Part shown: piece by piece, positions 1 through 10,631 of the stretch
Position numbering within the stretch: the first letter of the stretch is position 1
How the letters are laid out: each line of letters opens with the position of its first letter
DNA from: Bacteriovoracaceae bacterium
GTDB taxonomy: Bacteria > Bdellovibrionota > Bacteriovoracia > Bacteriovoracales > Bacteriovoracaceae
Assembly (NCBI GenBank): GCA_048270185.1
Contig: JBLWTJ010000002.1
Span: 480,001 to 544,000 of the forward strand
Length of the DNA stretch: 64,000 bases
Reading direction: 5' to 3'
Notes under the pieces: model-generated
The model's input: the letters and a program-made list of their open reading frames with translations, nothing else
Told to the model about the DNA's origin: nothing
The model's database searches: none
Translations under genes and position numbers: made by a program

Positions 1-1343
1 TAGGATTCCCTTCGATCTTTAGAGGGGCCCTTGATGTTCGCGCTCGTAAAATCAATGAAGAAATGAAACTTGCAGCTGTTTACGCTCTTGCTGATCTTGC
101 TAAAGAAGAAGTTCCAGATGAAGTTAAACTTGCATATCAAGGTGAAGATTTTAAATTTGGACGCAACTATATTATTCCAAAGCCATTTGATACTCGAGTA
201 CTAACAAAGCTTGCTCCAGCGGTAGCAAAAGCTGCAATGGATACAGGAGTTGCACGTAGCCAAATCACTGACCTACACGAGTATGCCGAACACTTAGGAA
301 GTCGTCTTTCATCTTCAGGTGCTTTCATGAAAACGGTTAGAGATCGTCTAGCCGCTCATATTAAGCGTACTGGTGAAAAAGTAAGAATGGTATTTGCAGA
401 AGGTGTAAATACGAGAATTCTACACGTTGTAAAAACTCTACTTGATGGAAACGCTATTGAGCCTATTCTTCTTGGGCACCCAGTTGATATTAAAGCAAAG
501 ATTAAGTCACTTGGCTTTGAAGAGTTCCTTGATGGAAAAGTTGAAATAATCCGTCCAAGAAAGGCCGCTAATTTTAAAGAATTCTATACAGAATATTGTG
601 AGATGAAACAACGTGAAGGTGTTTCAATTGCAGCTGCTGAAGATATGATGATTCAAGAAAATTTCTATGGATCAATGATGGTTAAGAAAGGTCTTGCTGA
701 TACATTCATTGCTGGTCCTTCTCTAAACTACAGTGACTGTCTTTCACCAATTCTTAAAGTAATTGGTTCAAAACCAGGAATGAAAGCTGCTGGTGTTTTT
801 ATCTTAGTATTTAAGGACCGAGTTCTCTTCCTTGCTGATACAACAGTTCAACCTGATCCAACAGCAGAAGATCTAGCAGAAATCGCTAACTCGACTGCAG
901 AGCTTTATAAATCACTAATGAAGAGAGAGCCAAGAATTGCTTTCTTAAGTTATTCAAACTTTGGTGATTCAAAACTAGCTGATGCAAAGAAAATGAAGAA
1001 TGCAACAAAGCTTGCAAAAGAAAAATATCCTGAATTAAATGTAGATGGTGAAATGCAAGCTGATGTAGCTGTCAATGATGGTATTATGAAAAATCTATTT
1101 GGCTTCTCTGAATTAAATGGATCAGCAGATATCCTAATTTTCCCAGAGCTAAACTCTGCTAATATCTCATATAAGTTACTTGCTCAATTAAGTGAAGCTT
1201 CGGCAATTGGACCAATCCTAATTCCACTTAATAAGCCAGTAAATATCATTCAAAGAACTGCTTCAATCAAAGAAATCGTTGACTCTTGTCGCCTAACGGC
1301 CCTTAGAGCTCTTGAAGATAAAGTAAAAAGAGAGGACGTATAA
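1..1343 (+). CDS. maeB: NADP-dependent malic enzyme with C-terminal phosphotransacetylase-like domain (5' truncated by window edge)
   Basis: Frame open from window start (GFPSIFRGALDVRARKINEEMKLAA), then YIIPKPFD and PTA-like motifs FLSYSNFG, DGEMQAD, ANISYKLL. Confidence 0.93.
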   Translation, partial: GFPSIFRGALDVRARKINEEMKLAAVYALADLAKEEVPDEVKLAYQGEDFKFGRNYIIPKPFDTRVLTKLAPAVAKAAMDTGVARSQITDLHEYAEHLGSRLSSSGAFMKTVRDRLAAHIKRTGEKVRMVFAEGVNTRILHVVKTLLDGNAIEPILLGHPVDIKAKIKSLGFEEFLDGKVEIIRPRKAANFKEFYTEYCEMKQREGVSIAAAEDMMIQENFYGSMMVKKGLADTFIAGPSLNYSDCLSPILKVIGSKPGMKAAGVFILVFKDRVLFLADTTVQPDPTAEDLAEIANSTAELYKSLMKREPRIAFLSYSNFGDSKLADAKKMKNATKLAKEKYPELNVDGEMQADVAVNDGIMKNLFGFSELNGSADILIFPELNSANISYKLLAQLSEASAIGPILIPLNKPVNIIQRTASIKEIVDSCRLTALRALEDKVKREDV

Positions 1344-1729
1344 TGACTTTTCAAAAAAATATTATCTCAACAGATAAAGCACCAAGTGCAGTAGGAACTT
1401 ACTCTCAAGGAGTTGAGTACAATGGGACGTATTTCTTCTCTGGTCAGATTGGGATCGACCCAGCAACGAGTGAGTTAAAAGAAGGATTTGTTCCTCAACT
1501 AGATCAAATTATGAAGAATATTGATGGGCTACTTGAGTCACAAAACTTAACTCGTGAGCACATCATCAAAACTTCAATTTTCGTAACTGATCTTGCAAAC
1601 TTTGGTGAAGTTAATATTGCTTATGAAAATTTCTTCACAGCACCTTACCCTGCAAGAAGCTGTGTACAAGTACCAGCTCTACCAAAAGGTGCCGTTGTAG
1701 AAATCGAAGTAATTGCAGCTAAAAATTAA
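1343..1729 (+). CDS. ridA: RidA/YjgF/UK114 family enamine deaminase
   Basis: APSAVGTYSQG, SGQIG, YPARSCVQVPALPKGAVVEIEVIA. Confidence 0.9.
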   Translation: MTFQKNIISTDKAPSAVGTYSQGVEYNGTYFFSGQIGIDPATSELKEGFVPQLDQIMKNIDGLLESQNLTREHIIKTSIFVTDLANFGEVNIAYENFFTAPYPARSCVQVPALPKGAVVEIEVIAAKN

Positions 1730-1731
1730 TT

Positions 1732-2370
1732 ATGTTCGATAGAAAGTACGTTTTTGAAACGAAACAGACGAGAGCTTGGAGAAAAGCGGTTGCGCTTTTC
1801 TCTAAGTTTCTCTTCTTCTTTCTAGGCTACTCTCTTCTGTCTTATATTCTTATTCTTTATTCTCAAAACGAGAACGTAAAAACAAAAGAAACATTTTACA
1901 AGAAAAGACCTGATATTATTGTTGTCTTCACAGGAGATAGAGGACGTATTCAAGAGGCCATCGGTCTTGCTAAAGAGTATAGCCAAGAAAATATTCTCAT
2001 CTCTGGAGTTCACAGCAAGAATAGTGTAAACACGCTTGTTCAATCTCATCAAATTTCAGATGAGATCAATCACGACTTTCTCGATATTGACTACAATGCT
2101 CGAAATACTTACGAAAATGTCCTTGAAACACTTCAGGCCCTGCGTAAGAAGAATGGAATTGAAACTGTCCTTATCGTTTCTCACGACTATCATATTCTGA
2201 GGATCAAATCGATTCTCAATAGCCGACGTCGCAAGAGTGACCATTACCAATTTTACTTTTGGGGTGTGAAGTCTCCACTGACTTCCATCAGAAGTCTTAA
2301 AATTATCTACAAAGAAGTATTTAAATACTTCAGAACTTTAACTTACCTAGCTCTAGCTAGTAAGGATTAA
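1732..2370 (+). CDS. YdcF/DUF218 (ElyC/SanA-like) membrane-anchored protein
   Basis: N-terminal TM helix; VVFTG, ARNTYENV, LIVSHDYHILR motifs. Confidence 0.8.
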   Translation: MFDRKYVFETKQTRAWRKAVALFSKFLFFFLGYSLLSYILILYSQNENVKTKETFYKKRPDIIVVFTGDRGRIQEAIGLAKEYSQENILISGVHSKNSVNTLVQSHQISDEINHDFLDIDYNARNTYENVLETLQALRKKNGIETVLIVSHDYHILRIKSILNSRRRKSDHYQFYFWGVKSPLTSIRSLKIIYKEVFKYFRTLTYLALASKD

Positions 2371-2391
2371 AATATCCATACAGGAGGAATA

Positions 2392-3843
2392 ATGAATATC
2401 GTTCCATCGATTATGGCGAATACAAAAAGCGCCGCAAAAAATCTACGTTCAACAACAACTAAGATTTACCTTTTAACTAATGAAGCTTTAAAAGATAGTA
2501 AAATTACTCACTCTGAGAATATTCCAGAGTGGATCATTAAAAGAATTGGTGAAGAGAAAGAAGTTAGTATTCTAGGAAATGAAGGACCAATTATCTTTAA
2601 GGTAATTGAAACTGCTGTTGAAGACCAGCACTATAATTTAATCTCAGATAGTAACTATGCTATTGCTAGAGAAGCACTTGGTAGCCTAGCTCCTGCAATA
2701 AAAGCTGAACGTTCAAAAAAGGTTGAAGTTTCATTCTATGGACTTGATAAAGAAGCTGTTTCAGGTGCCATTATTGGACTTGAGCTAGCTCTTTATAGCT
2801 ATAAAGAGGAATTAGTTCACGGTGCTATCTCTTTCTCTCAAGATGGTAAGAAAGTGACAAAGTCAGCTCTTGATGCTGCTCTAAATACGGCTCAAGGAAT
2901 TAACACTGCAAGGCACTTAGTAAACCTTCCGGCAAACTTCTTAAATCCTGTGACTTATGCAAATGCTGTTAAGAAATATTTTGCAAAGTCGACAACAATG
3001 AAAGTAAGCATTTACGATGAAAAGAAATTAGAGAAGGAAAAGTGCGGACTTATCCTATCTGTCGGGCAAGCCTCTGATACTCCTCCAAGAATCGTTCATC
3101 TAAAATATCGCCCAATTGGTGCCACAGGAAAACCGACGGCCATCGTAGGAAAGGGTATTACCTTTGACTGTGGTGGACTAAATATCAAAGGCGGTGCAGG
3201 AATGGCCGTCATGAAAAAAGATATGGGTGGTTCTGCAACGGTAATGGGATTTGCAACTTGGCTTGAAAAATCAGGTATTAAGAAGAAGGTTGATCTCTAT
3301 CTTGCGCTTGCAGAAAATAGCATTAGTTCAAATGCATCTCGTCCAGGAGATATCTATACATCAAGAAACGGATTATCAGTTGAAATTGGAAATACTGATG
3401 CAGAAGGAAGACTAGCACTTGCAGATGCCATCGATATTGCAATTACGCAAAAAGAAAAACCAGAAGTTCTCATCGATTTTGCAACTCTAACAGGTGCTGC
3501 AAAAGTCTCAATGGGAGATCATGTAACAAGTATGTTCTCAAATGATGATGAACTTGCTGATAAACTCTTAAAAGCATCTCAAGCAAATGGAGACCTATCT
3601 TGGAGAATGCCTCTGTATCAACCATACTTTAAAGGGTTTGATTCAAAATTCGCCGATATGAATAATATGTCAGTTGTTAAAGGTGGATCAATTGGAGCAG
3701 CTCTCTTCCTCGAAAAATTCGTAGGTGACACAAAGTGGGCACACTTTGATATCTTTGGTTGGACAAGTGGCTTTAGACCTTCACTTCTACAAGAAGGTGG
3801 ATCAGGTCAAGGTGTTGAAACTTTAATTGGATACTTTAAGTAA
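2392..3843 (+). CDS. pepA: M17 leucyl aminopeptidase
   Basis: GKGITFDCGG, MKKDMGG, NTDAEGRL, ATLTGA; AGGAGG RBS upstream. Confidence 0.92.
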   Translation: MNIVPSIMANTKSAAKNLRSTTTKIYLLTNEALKDSKITHSENIPEWIIKRIGEEKEVSILGNEGPIIFKVIETAVEDQHYNLISDSNYAIAREALGSLAPAIKAERSKKVEVSFYGLDKEAVSGAIIGLELALYSYKEELVHGAISFSQDGKKVTKSALDAALNTAQGINTARHLVNLPANFLNPVTYANAVKKYFAKSTTMKVSIYDEKKLEKEKCGLILSVGQASDTPPRIVHLKYRPIGATGKPTAIVGKGITFDCGGLNIKGGAGMAVMKKDMGGSATVMGFATWLEKSGIKKKVDLYLALAENSISSNASRPGDIYTSRNGLSVEIGNTDAEGRLALADAIDIAITQKEKPEVLIDFATLTGAAKVSMGDHVTSMFSNDDELADKLLKASQANGDLSWRMPLYQPYFKGFDSKFADMNNMSVVKGGSIGAALFLEKFVGDTKWAHFDIFGWTSGFRPSLLQEGGSGQGVETLIGYFK

Positions 3844-3851
3844 GAAAATAT

Positions 3852-3880
3852 AAAAGCAGGCATAAAGCCTGCTTTTTTTT
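3852..3880. terminator. Bidirectional intrinsic terminator between pepA and spoT
   Basis: AAAAGCAGGC-ATAAA-GCCTGCTTTTTTTT between convergent genes. Confidence 0.85.
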
Positions 3881-3888
3881 GAAAGGGG

Positions 3889-6075
3889 TTATCCCCTTGT
3901 AACTGAAATAACAGAGTCTAAGGCCTCTAAACCAGAGATCGTCTTTAGAAGTTCAGAATAGTCCTTCACTTCAATTTCAAAGATTAGACTACCCTTACGA
4001 TCTTGAGTTGATCTTGCAACCGCAGAACGGATATTAACCCCTAGGTTTCCAAGTTCTTTTGAAATCATCGAAAGAATACCTGGGCGATCATGAGTTAGAA
4101 CACGAATATTTACCGGATGCTTAAAGCTGAAGTTTTCATTCCACTCAACTGTGATCTGTCTTCCAACATCACCAATATCATAGCGAGTACAGTCTGAGCG
4201 GTGAATAGTAATCCCACGTCCACGAGTAATGTAACCAATAATTGGATCCCCTGGAATTGGATTACAACAACGGGCCATTCGAACCATTAAGTCATCAAGG
4301 CCATCGACGATAACGGCATTGTCTTTGTGAGCACGCTTCTTCGCTGTCTTTGAAATTGTAGAAGAAAGAGAGTGAATTTCTTTTTTCTTCTCTTCATCAA
4401 CATCTTCTTGCTTAAGACCTGGTATACATTCAATAACTTTATCAACATGTAATTTACCCGCACCAATATTATTGTAAATCTCACTGAAAGTTTTAATATT
4501 AGTAAGCTTCTCTTTTGCTTGTTCGAGATCGTTGCGTTTAAGAACTGCTTTTAAAGTCGTCCCAAGAACCTTGAATGCCTTATCAAGAGTTTCTTTACCA
4601 ACTTCAATATTGCGCTCTCTCTCTGCTTTAAGAAGCCAAGACTTAATCTTTGCTTTTGCCTTTGAAGACTTAACAATATTAAGCCAATCTTTATTTGGTG
4701 TTTGAGTTTTACTAGTCAGGATTTCAATTGTGTCCCCTGAGCGAAGAACGTACTTAAGTGGTACCATTCTTCCATTAACTTTTGATCCCACACAACGGTG
4801 TCCGATATCAGTATGAACACGATAAGCAAAATCGAGAGGAGTTGAGTTGTCTTGAAGTTCAAAAACATCTCCGTTTGGTGTGAAGACGAAAACTCCCCCA
4901 ACATCTAGATCGTTTTTAACGTGAGACATGAACTCAGTACTATTATCTGTATCTTTATTGTACTCAAGAAGCTCTTGTACCCAATCAAGTTTTGTCTTAC
5001 CTGAAGACATCCCTTCCTTATATTTCCAGTGGGCCGCAATCCCTCGCTCAGCGACTTCATGCATCTCTTGAGTACGAATCTGAATTTCAATTCTTTCAGC
5101 TTTAGGTCCAACAACAGTCGTGTGTAGTGACTGATAGTTGTTAACCTTAGGAATCGCGATATAGTCTTTAAAGCGACCTGGAATTGGAGTGAAGGCCGAG
5201 TGAATAACTCCTAGGGCCTTATAACATTCTGTAATATTATTTACGATAATTCTAAAAGCAAGAATGTCGTGGATTTGATCGAAGTCAACACCTCGAGAAA
5301 CCATTTTCTTGTAAATTGAATAGAAGTGTTTAGATCGACCAGTAATATCTGCTTTCACAGAGTATTCAAAAAGCTTTTCGATGATAACACCAATTGTATC
5401 ACCAATATAAACTTCACGATCAGATTTCTTCATCGCAACTTTTTCAGCTAAACGATAGTAAACATCTGGGTGAAGATAGCGAAGACAAATATCTTCAAGC
5501 TCAATCTTAACAGAGTTAATACCCAGTCGAGATGCTAAAGGTACGTAGATATCAAGTGTCTCTTCTGCAATTCTCTTTTGCTTCTCTTCGCGCATATACT
5601 GAAGAGTTTTCATATTATGCATACGATCAGCAAGCTTTACAATAATAACTCGAAGATCCTGTGCCATGGCCACAACCATCTTACGGAAGTTTTCCGCCTG
5701 TGATTGTTCCTTTGACTTAAACTTCATCTTAGAGATTTTTGTCAATCCAACAACGATTTGTGCAATTTCAGTTGTAAACTCTTTTTCAATCTCTTCTGGA
5801 GTGACATTACAGTCTTCCACAACATCGTGTAAAAGACCCGCGATGATAGTATCAAGATCCATGTGAAGCTTTACAAGTGTCGCTGCTACGTTTAATGGGT
5901 GAATGATATACTTTTCACCAGAGCTTCTCATTTGCCCTTCGTGAGACTTTTCAGCGAAGAGATAAGCTTTTCTTAGAAGAGTAAAATTCGCGTCTGGATA
6001 ATAAGTTTCAACGCGTCGGCATAATTCATCAATGTTTAATTCACGCTCATGGGCGAAGTCTAGTTGCTGGTACAT
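3889..6075 (-). CDS. spoT: Bifunctional (p)ppGpp synthetase/hydrolase (RelA/SpoT)
   Basis: Intact HD motif (LLHDVVED), KLADRMHN, YQSLHT, EIQIRT, TGS and ACT domains. Confidence 0.95.
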   Translation of the reverse strand: MYQQLDFAHERELNIDELCRRVETYYPDANFTLLRKAYLFAEKSHEGQMRSSGEKYIIHPLNVAATLVKLHMDLDTIIAGLLHDVVEDCNVTPEEIEKEFTTEIAQIVVGLTKISKMKFKSKEQSQAENFRKMVVAMAQDLRVIIVKLADRMHNMKTLQYMREEKQKRIAEETLDIYVPLASRLGINSVKIELEDICLRYLHPDVYYRLAEKVAMKKSDREVYIGDTIGVIIEKLFEYSVKADITGRSKHFYSIYKKMVSRGVDFDQIHDILAFRIIVNNITECYKALGVIHSAFTPIPGRFKDYIAIPKVNNYQSLHTTVVGPKAERIEIQIRTQEMHEVAERGIAAHWKYKEGMSSGKTKLDWVQELLEYNKDTDNSTEFMSHVKNDLDVGGVFVFTPNGDVFELQDNSTPLDFAYRVHTDIGHRCVGSKVNGRMVPLKYVLRSGDTIEILTSKTQTPNKDWLNIVKSSKAKAKIKSWLLKAERERNIEVGKETLDKAFKVLGTTLKAVLKRNDLEQAKEKLTNIKTFSEIYNNIGAGKLHVDKVIECIPGLKQEDVDEEKKKEIHSLSSTISKTAKKRAHKDNAVIVDGLDDLMVRMARCCNPIPGDPIIGYITRGRGITIHRSDCTRYDIGDVGRQITVEWNENFSFKHPVNIRVLTHDRPGILSMISKELGNLGVNIRSAVARSTQDRKGSLIFEIEVKDYSELLKTISGLEALDSVISVTRG

Positions 6076-6641
6076 TAGTTCCTTAAGATTCCTTCAAAAA
6101 TATCACTAAGATCAGTATAAGCTTTTTCAAGATCATCGTTAACAACAAGATAGTCGTAATCATCTTTGCGCTTTAATTCGCGGCGAGCATTATCTAATCT
6201 AATATTTAAACTTTCATCCGTTTCAGTTCCACGGCCACGTAGTCTCGACTCTAGTGCCTCAACACTTGGAGGAGCAATAAAAATTACGCGGGCACGATCA
6301 CCAAAGTATTCTTTAAATGAGTCTGTCCCTTGTACGTCGAGATCGAAAAGAAGATTATGTCCTTTTGAAATCTCATCTTCAACGAAGTTCTTTGAAGTAC
6401 CGTAGTAATTCCCGTGAACTTTTGCCCACTCAAGGAATTCATCATTTTCTTTTCTCTTTAAAAACTCATCTTCGCTAATAAAGTTATAGTGAACTCCATT
6501 CACTTCCCCCTCACGAGCTGCTCTTGTGGTAAAAGACACAGACTCTAACAGGTCTTGGAATTCATTTTTAATTCTCTTAATAAGAGTTGATTTTCCAGAC
6601 CCTGAAGGTGCGACGATGACAATTATTTTTCCGTTACTCAT
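6075..6641 (-). CDS. gmk: Guanylate kinase
   Basis: APSGSGKST P-loop, TTRAAREGEVNGVHY, HGNYYGT. Confidence 0.96.
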   Translation of the reverse strand: MSNGKIIVIVAPSGSGKSTLIKRIKNEFQDLLESVSFTTRAAREGEVNGVHYNFISEDEFLKRKENDEFLEWAKVHGNYYGTSKNFVEDEISKGHNLLFDLDVQGTDSFKEYFGDRARVIFIAPPSVEALESRLRGRGTETDESLNIRLDNARRELKRKDDYDYLVVNDDLEKAYTDLSDIFEGILRN

Positions 6642-6644
6642 AAT

Positions 6645-7526
6645 TTACTCGAGGTTTAAACCTTGCTCTCTAATCTTTTCTAGTTGAACTTTCATCTGAA
6701 CAACAGCTTCAGAAATTTCTTGCAGAGTTGACTTCGACCCAGTTGTATTCGTTTCACGATTTAATTCTTGGATAAGAAAATCGATCTGGCGACCAACTTC
6801 TCCTCCATTTGAGATTAAATTATTCAATTTTGATAAGTGAGCGTTAATTCGATTAATTTCTTCGTGAATGTCCATCTTCTCTAAATAGAAGATTACCTCT
6901 TGCATGAAGCGTGGTTCATCTGAAGGAATAACTGTTTTAAATTCTTCAAATTTCTTCTCAAGTCTTTCTTTTATAGCAGATTGAAATTCATCTGACTTCG
7001 AAGTAATAATAGCAAATTGTTCTTCATAAGATTCTTGGTGTTTTTTAATTACTTGAATTAGCTTTTCGCCTTCACCTTTTCTTGAACCTTTAAGATCTTC
7101 AATTGCACCGGCCATTGCTTCAAGAGCAAATGATCCCATTTGCTCAATTGAAGATTCATCAATTTCTTTCATGAATTCATTTCTTAAAAAATCAGTTGGC
7201 TTAATATCGAGAGTTACATTATTAGCATCGGCCATTACTTTCATTGAAGAAATAAAAGCACTAACCTTTTCAGTATCCATATCTTCGAAACGGGATTTTG
7301 ATTCTAGTCTTTTGTAATTTACATTAATATCAAAGCTTCCTCGCTTAAAGTTCTTATTGATAAGATTTCTCATATCAAGTTCGATACTATTAAACAGTGA
7401 AGACATCTTGAATCTAATGTCCTTGAATCGGTGATTCACAGTCTTAATTTCGACTGTTACTTGTAGTTTTTCATTACCGGCTTCGGACTTTCCAAAACCT
7501 GTCATCGAATATATTTCTTTGGCCAT
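6645..7526 (-). CDS. yicC: YicC/YloC family endoribonuclease
   Basis: SMTGFG, EIKTVNHR, GRQIDFLIQELNRETNT, EKIREQ; canonical position upstream of gmk. Confidence 0.92.
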   Translation of the reverse strand: MAKEIYSMTGFGKSEAGNEKLQVTVEIKTVNHRFKDIRFKMSSLFNSIELDMRNLINKNFKRGSFDINVNYKRLESKSRFEDMDTEKVSAFISSMKVMADANNVTLDIKPTDFLRNEFMKEIDESSIEQMGSFALEAMAGAIEDLKGSRKGEGEKLIQVIKKHQESYEEQFAIITSKSDEFQSAIKERLEKKFEEFKTVIPSDEPRFMQEVIFYLEKMDIHEEINRINAHLSKLNNLISNGGEVGRQIDFLIQELNRETNTTGSKSTLQEISEAVVQMKVQLEKIREQGLNLE

Positions 7527-7614
7527 TTACTCTCCCAATTAATGACTTTTTTATCCTAATTAAATGACCTTATCAACCGCTTGGGCCTTATAATATTAAA
7601 TATTTAATGCTCTT

Positions 7615-8271
7615 TTACTCGAGAGACCAACCATCTACTTTCCCTTGACTAAAATAAACGAATTTCTTCTCGCCATTTTCAAAAAAGGTCCATCTTTCAT
7701 TACCTAATTGTGGATTACCGGCCGTGTCAACACGATGTGGATTCCCCCACCTTTGAATAACACTTCCCTTATCCATCCCTATTTCAATTTCTCTGTGGGC
7801 CTGAGCTCTTGGTGAGTAGTGAAAAACTGAAGCAGGATTTCTTGTTTCAAATTTCTTCTGCTTAGCAAATTGAGTTAGGTTGCGATTATAATTTCTTCGA
7901 GCATAGCGATCTAGACTTAAGTAGTAGAGTTTTTGTGAATCATTTTGAAACATATTTTCTTTACGATAAAAGGCCTCGCGATCTTCTGGACGCATTGAAT
8001 TTAGTTTAGTGGCCAACTCTTTTTTTAGCCTCTGCTCCTGAGTCCACTCAGGGTAATCCTCTTCGCTTGCAGGCGTTCGGCTCATCATCTTATCTCGGGT
8101 ATAAGGTGCAACACTTGGGTCTCCCCCTACTGTATCAAAGGTTTTTCCAGGGCTAAATAGTGAAAATTGCTCAGTATCATCCCCCATTTGATCGATAAAA
8201 CGTCTATCCATTGAGATAGGGCCACACGATACTACCCCCAATAATGTCACCAGAAAAAATGCTCTAAGCAT
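7615..8271 (-). CDS. Lipoprotein with C-terminal SmpA/BamE-like domain
   Basis: Lipobox VVSC; C-terminal IGMDKGSVIQRWGNP...ERWTF pattern. Confidence 0.6.
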   Translation of the reverse strand: MLRAFFLVTLLGVVSCGPISMDRRFIDQMGDDTEQFSLFSPGKTFDTVGGDPSVAPYTRDKMMSRTPASEEDYPEWTQEQRLKKELATKLNSMRPEDREAFYRKENMFQNDSQKLYYLSLDRYARRNYNRNLTQFAKQKKFETRNPASVFHYSPRAQAHREIEIGMDKGSVIQRWGNPHRVDTAGNPQLGNERWTFFENGEKKFVYFSQGKVDGWSLE

Positions 8272-8401
8272 GATGTCTCCTTACTAATTCTCTCCCATGC
8301 TCCTCTCTCTACGGTGAAAACCGGAGGAATTCTTAAGATTTCCCCATATTGGGCCCACCTTAAGAAAATTCTTCCCAATAAAGTGAAATCCTCAAGAATA
8401 C

Positions 8402-8428
8402 TTAGGAAATATTTAAATAAGCCGATGA
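8402..8428 (+). promoter_or_regulatory. Putative sigma28 (FliA) promoter for fliL-like gene
   Basis: TTAG-N15-GCCGATGA vs consensus TAAA-N15-GCCGATAA. Confidence 0.55.
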
Positions 8429-8470
8429 GTAGCGATGAAATACCTTGGGGATTATTGAGGATAAATAGAA

Positions 8471-9340
8471 ATGATGAATAAGTGGATGAAGATTGAAGAG
8501 TTTTTAAATACTTTGCTAACAAGAATAGCAAATTCATTTAAAAATATGACGCCGAAGCGTCTAACGCAGTCTTACGCCAACTTTAAAGCTTCATGTCACA
8601 AGCTCTTTGTAAAAGTAAGCAAAATTCCTGAAATTTTAACAGGCCCATTTAAGCGCTGGCTTAAGACAAAGATATCGATGGCCCTCGTTTTCATCCTAGC
8701 TCAAAAACAAAATCTTGCGTCACTATCAAAGTCTATTAGTGAGTTTAAACTTTCATCTCAAGTTCCACTGAATGCATTTAATGCATCAAAAGCTTTCTTT
8801 ACAAAGAATGTTGTCGCCAAACTTGCGGCCGTCTCACCAGCGAAGGCCGTCGGTATAACTTGTACAGTCACTGCTTTTTCACTAACTGGAATCTCTGTTT
8901 ATCAGAATATTCAAGAGATTAATGAAAAGAATAATCCAAAGAAAACTCGTGAAGTTGCAAGTGTTGATGAAGAATTTAGAAAACAGTGGAGTCGCTCTAG
9001 CTTTCGAAATGCACACGATCGTACAATCTTCTTAAGAGGAGTTGATATTCCTATCTATATTAAAAATAGAGATGGGATGAAGTCTCTTCTTATTGATGTA
9101 AGACTTGAAACAAGTAATCGCTATACTGCTAAATTCTTCTATATCCCAAAGAATGAAGTTCTGATTAGAGATCGTTTAAATAGTTCTCTTCAAGCAGTTG
9201 TACCAGATTTCCCTCTTCAACCAGAAGGAAAGAAAATAATTAAAGAAAAAGTACGCCTTGAAGTAAATAAACTTATCGAAGAACTCAAAATAGAAGGAAA
9301 TGTCGATAAGGTCTATATTCATTCAATCTTAAATGGATAG
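8471..9340 (+). CDS. FliL-like flagellar basal-body-associated protein with long N-terminal extension
   Basis: Central hydrophobic segment, then C-terminal IRDRL...EGKKIIKEKVRLEVN...VDKVYI resembling FliL; sigma28-like promoter upstream. Confidence 0.55.
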   Translation: MMNKWMKIEEFLNTLLTRIANSFKNMTPKRLTQSYANFKASCHKLFVKVSKIPEILTGPFKRWLKTKISMALVFILAQKQNLASLSKSISEFKLSSQVPLNAFNASKAFFTKNVVAKLAAVSPAKAVGITCTVTAFSLTGISVYQNIQEINEKNNPKKTREVASVDEEFRKQWSRSSFRNAHDRTIFLRGVDIPIYIKNRDGMKSLLIDVRLETSNRYTAKFFYIPKNEVLIRDRLNSSLQAVVPDFPLQPEGKKIIKEKVRLEVNKLIEELKIEGNVDKVYIHSILNG

Positions 9341-10579
9341 TACACTTCTTACCGTTTGATTTGAAACACCAAGAATCTTGGCCGCGGCACTAACATTTTG
9401 ATCACAACGTTCATATATCTTTTTAAAGTAGCGCCACTTTAGTTCTCTGTATGATAAAACATCATCACAATTAAGCCCGTTATCAACTAGCCCCTTAAGC
9501 TCTAAGAGTGATTCATCCATCTCACAATATGAGATCAAATTAGCTCTTGTCTTTAGCTTCTTCTTTTTTAAATGGGCCTGTAATTGTCTAATATTTCCTG
9601 GCCACTCATAATCGCGATAGAACGATTTAAGCTTTGGATGAATTGTAACGCCAAAGCGACTTTCGTATGAATTTAATAAAGAATCGATTTTTTCTATATC
9701 TCTACGAAGAGGATCAAGTGTGATAACTTCCTCTGAACTAATTCGGTAATAAAAGTCTCTTCGCATCTCATCCTTTTCGACAAGATTTTTTAGGGCCCTC
9801 CCCGATGCAACGATCACTCTTGTCTTAATTACCTGAGCAGTATTAGAGCCTACGGGATAGAAGAGTCCACTATCCAAGAAAAGCAAGAGCTTTGCCTGGA
9901 GATCTTTTGATATTGAATCAATCTCATCGAGAAAGAGTGTTCCATTCTCTGCAGTCTTCAAGGCACCTTGCTTATCACAGATGGCACCAGTAAAAGCTCC
10001 TTTAACATGTCCAAATAGTTCTGACTCTAAGACTCCTTTAGAATATGCACTCAAATTCAAATGCACAAATCGACCTAAGGGATTTGCAGAATCGTGAATC
10101 TTCTTGGCCAAGAATGTCTTACCAGTACCTGTCTCTCCCTCAATTAAAACATTTAACTCAGGATGAATCTCTAATTCCTTACTTTCTTCGACGTCACTAC
10201 TTATCTGCTTTGAAACTTCGATACGATTATGTCCTAATTGAAAGACATCTCCCTTCTTTAAAACAGCATATGAAGAATATGTTCCGTTTATTTTAAAGAG
10301 TTCTCCACTTAGACTTCTTAGGCAAAAGCACTGGCCAATACTATAGTCAATAAGATCTATTCGATACTTGGATGCTCTAAGCTCCTGCCCATGCAAGAGT
10401 GGCAATATAATATTATTTCCTTCAATGGCCATCTCGTCTCCAGTTAAATCAATGTGATAGAGAGTACGATTGAGGACAATTTTTCTTTTTCTGCCAAATA
10501 AAGGTGTAATTTCTATAGAGTCATAGATCCTGCAAAATGTCTCTTTTACAATGGCGTCAACTTTTGGTACTTCTAACAT
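9329..10579 (-). CDS. Sigma54-dependent enhancer-binding protein (FHA-like N-terminus, AAA+, Fis HTH)
   Basis: GETGTGKT, ESELFGHVKGAFTGA, LFLDEI, WPGNIRQL, HTH; start moved to ATG at 10579 (GGAGG RBS), which removes the overlap with engB. Confidence 0.85.
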   Translation of the reverse strand: MLEVPKVDAIVKETFCRIYDSIEITPLFGRKRKIVLNRTLYHIDLTGDEMAIEGNNIILPLLHGQELRASKYRIDLIDYSIGQCFCLRSLSGELFKINGTYSSYAVLKKGDVFQLGHNRIEVSKQISSDVEESKELEIHPELNVLIEGETGTGKTFLAKKIHDSANPLGRFVHLNLSAYSKGVLESELFGHVKGAFTGAICDKQGALKTAENGTLFLDEIDSISKDLQAKLLLFLDSGLFYPVGSNTAQVIKTRVIVASGRALKNLVEKDEMRRDFYYRISSEEVITLDPLRRDIEKIDSLLNSYESRFGVTIHPKLKSFYRDYEWPGNIRQLQAHLKKKKLKTRANLISYCEMDESLLELKGLVDNGLNCDDVLSYRELKWRYFKKIYERCDQNVSAAAKILGVSNQTVRSVLSI

Positions 10580-10631
10580 CGATAACCTCCTTAAATTTAA
10601 GCAATTACGTACTAAACAAAAGAGTGGAAAT

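Noticed and set aside
8247..8537. 96-aa ORF across the lipoprotein/fliL-like spacer
   Set aside because: Overlaps both flanking starts and the promoter motifs; low-complexity translation of AT-rich DNA
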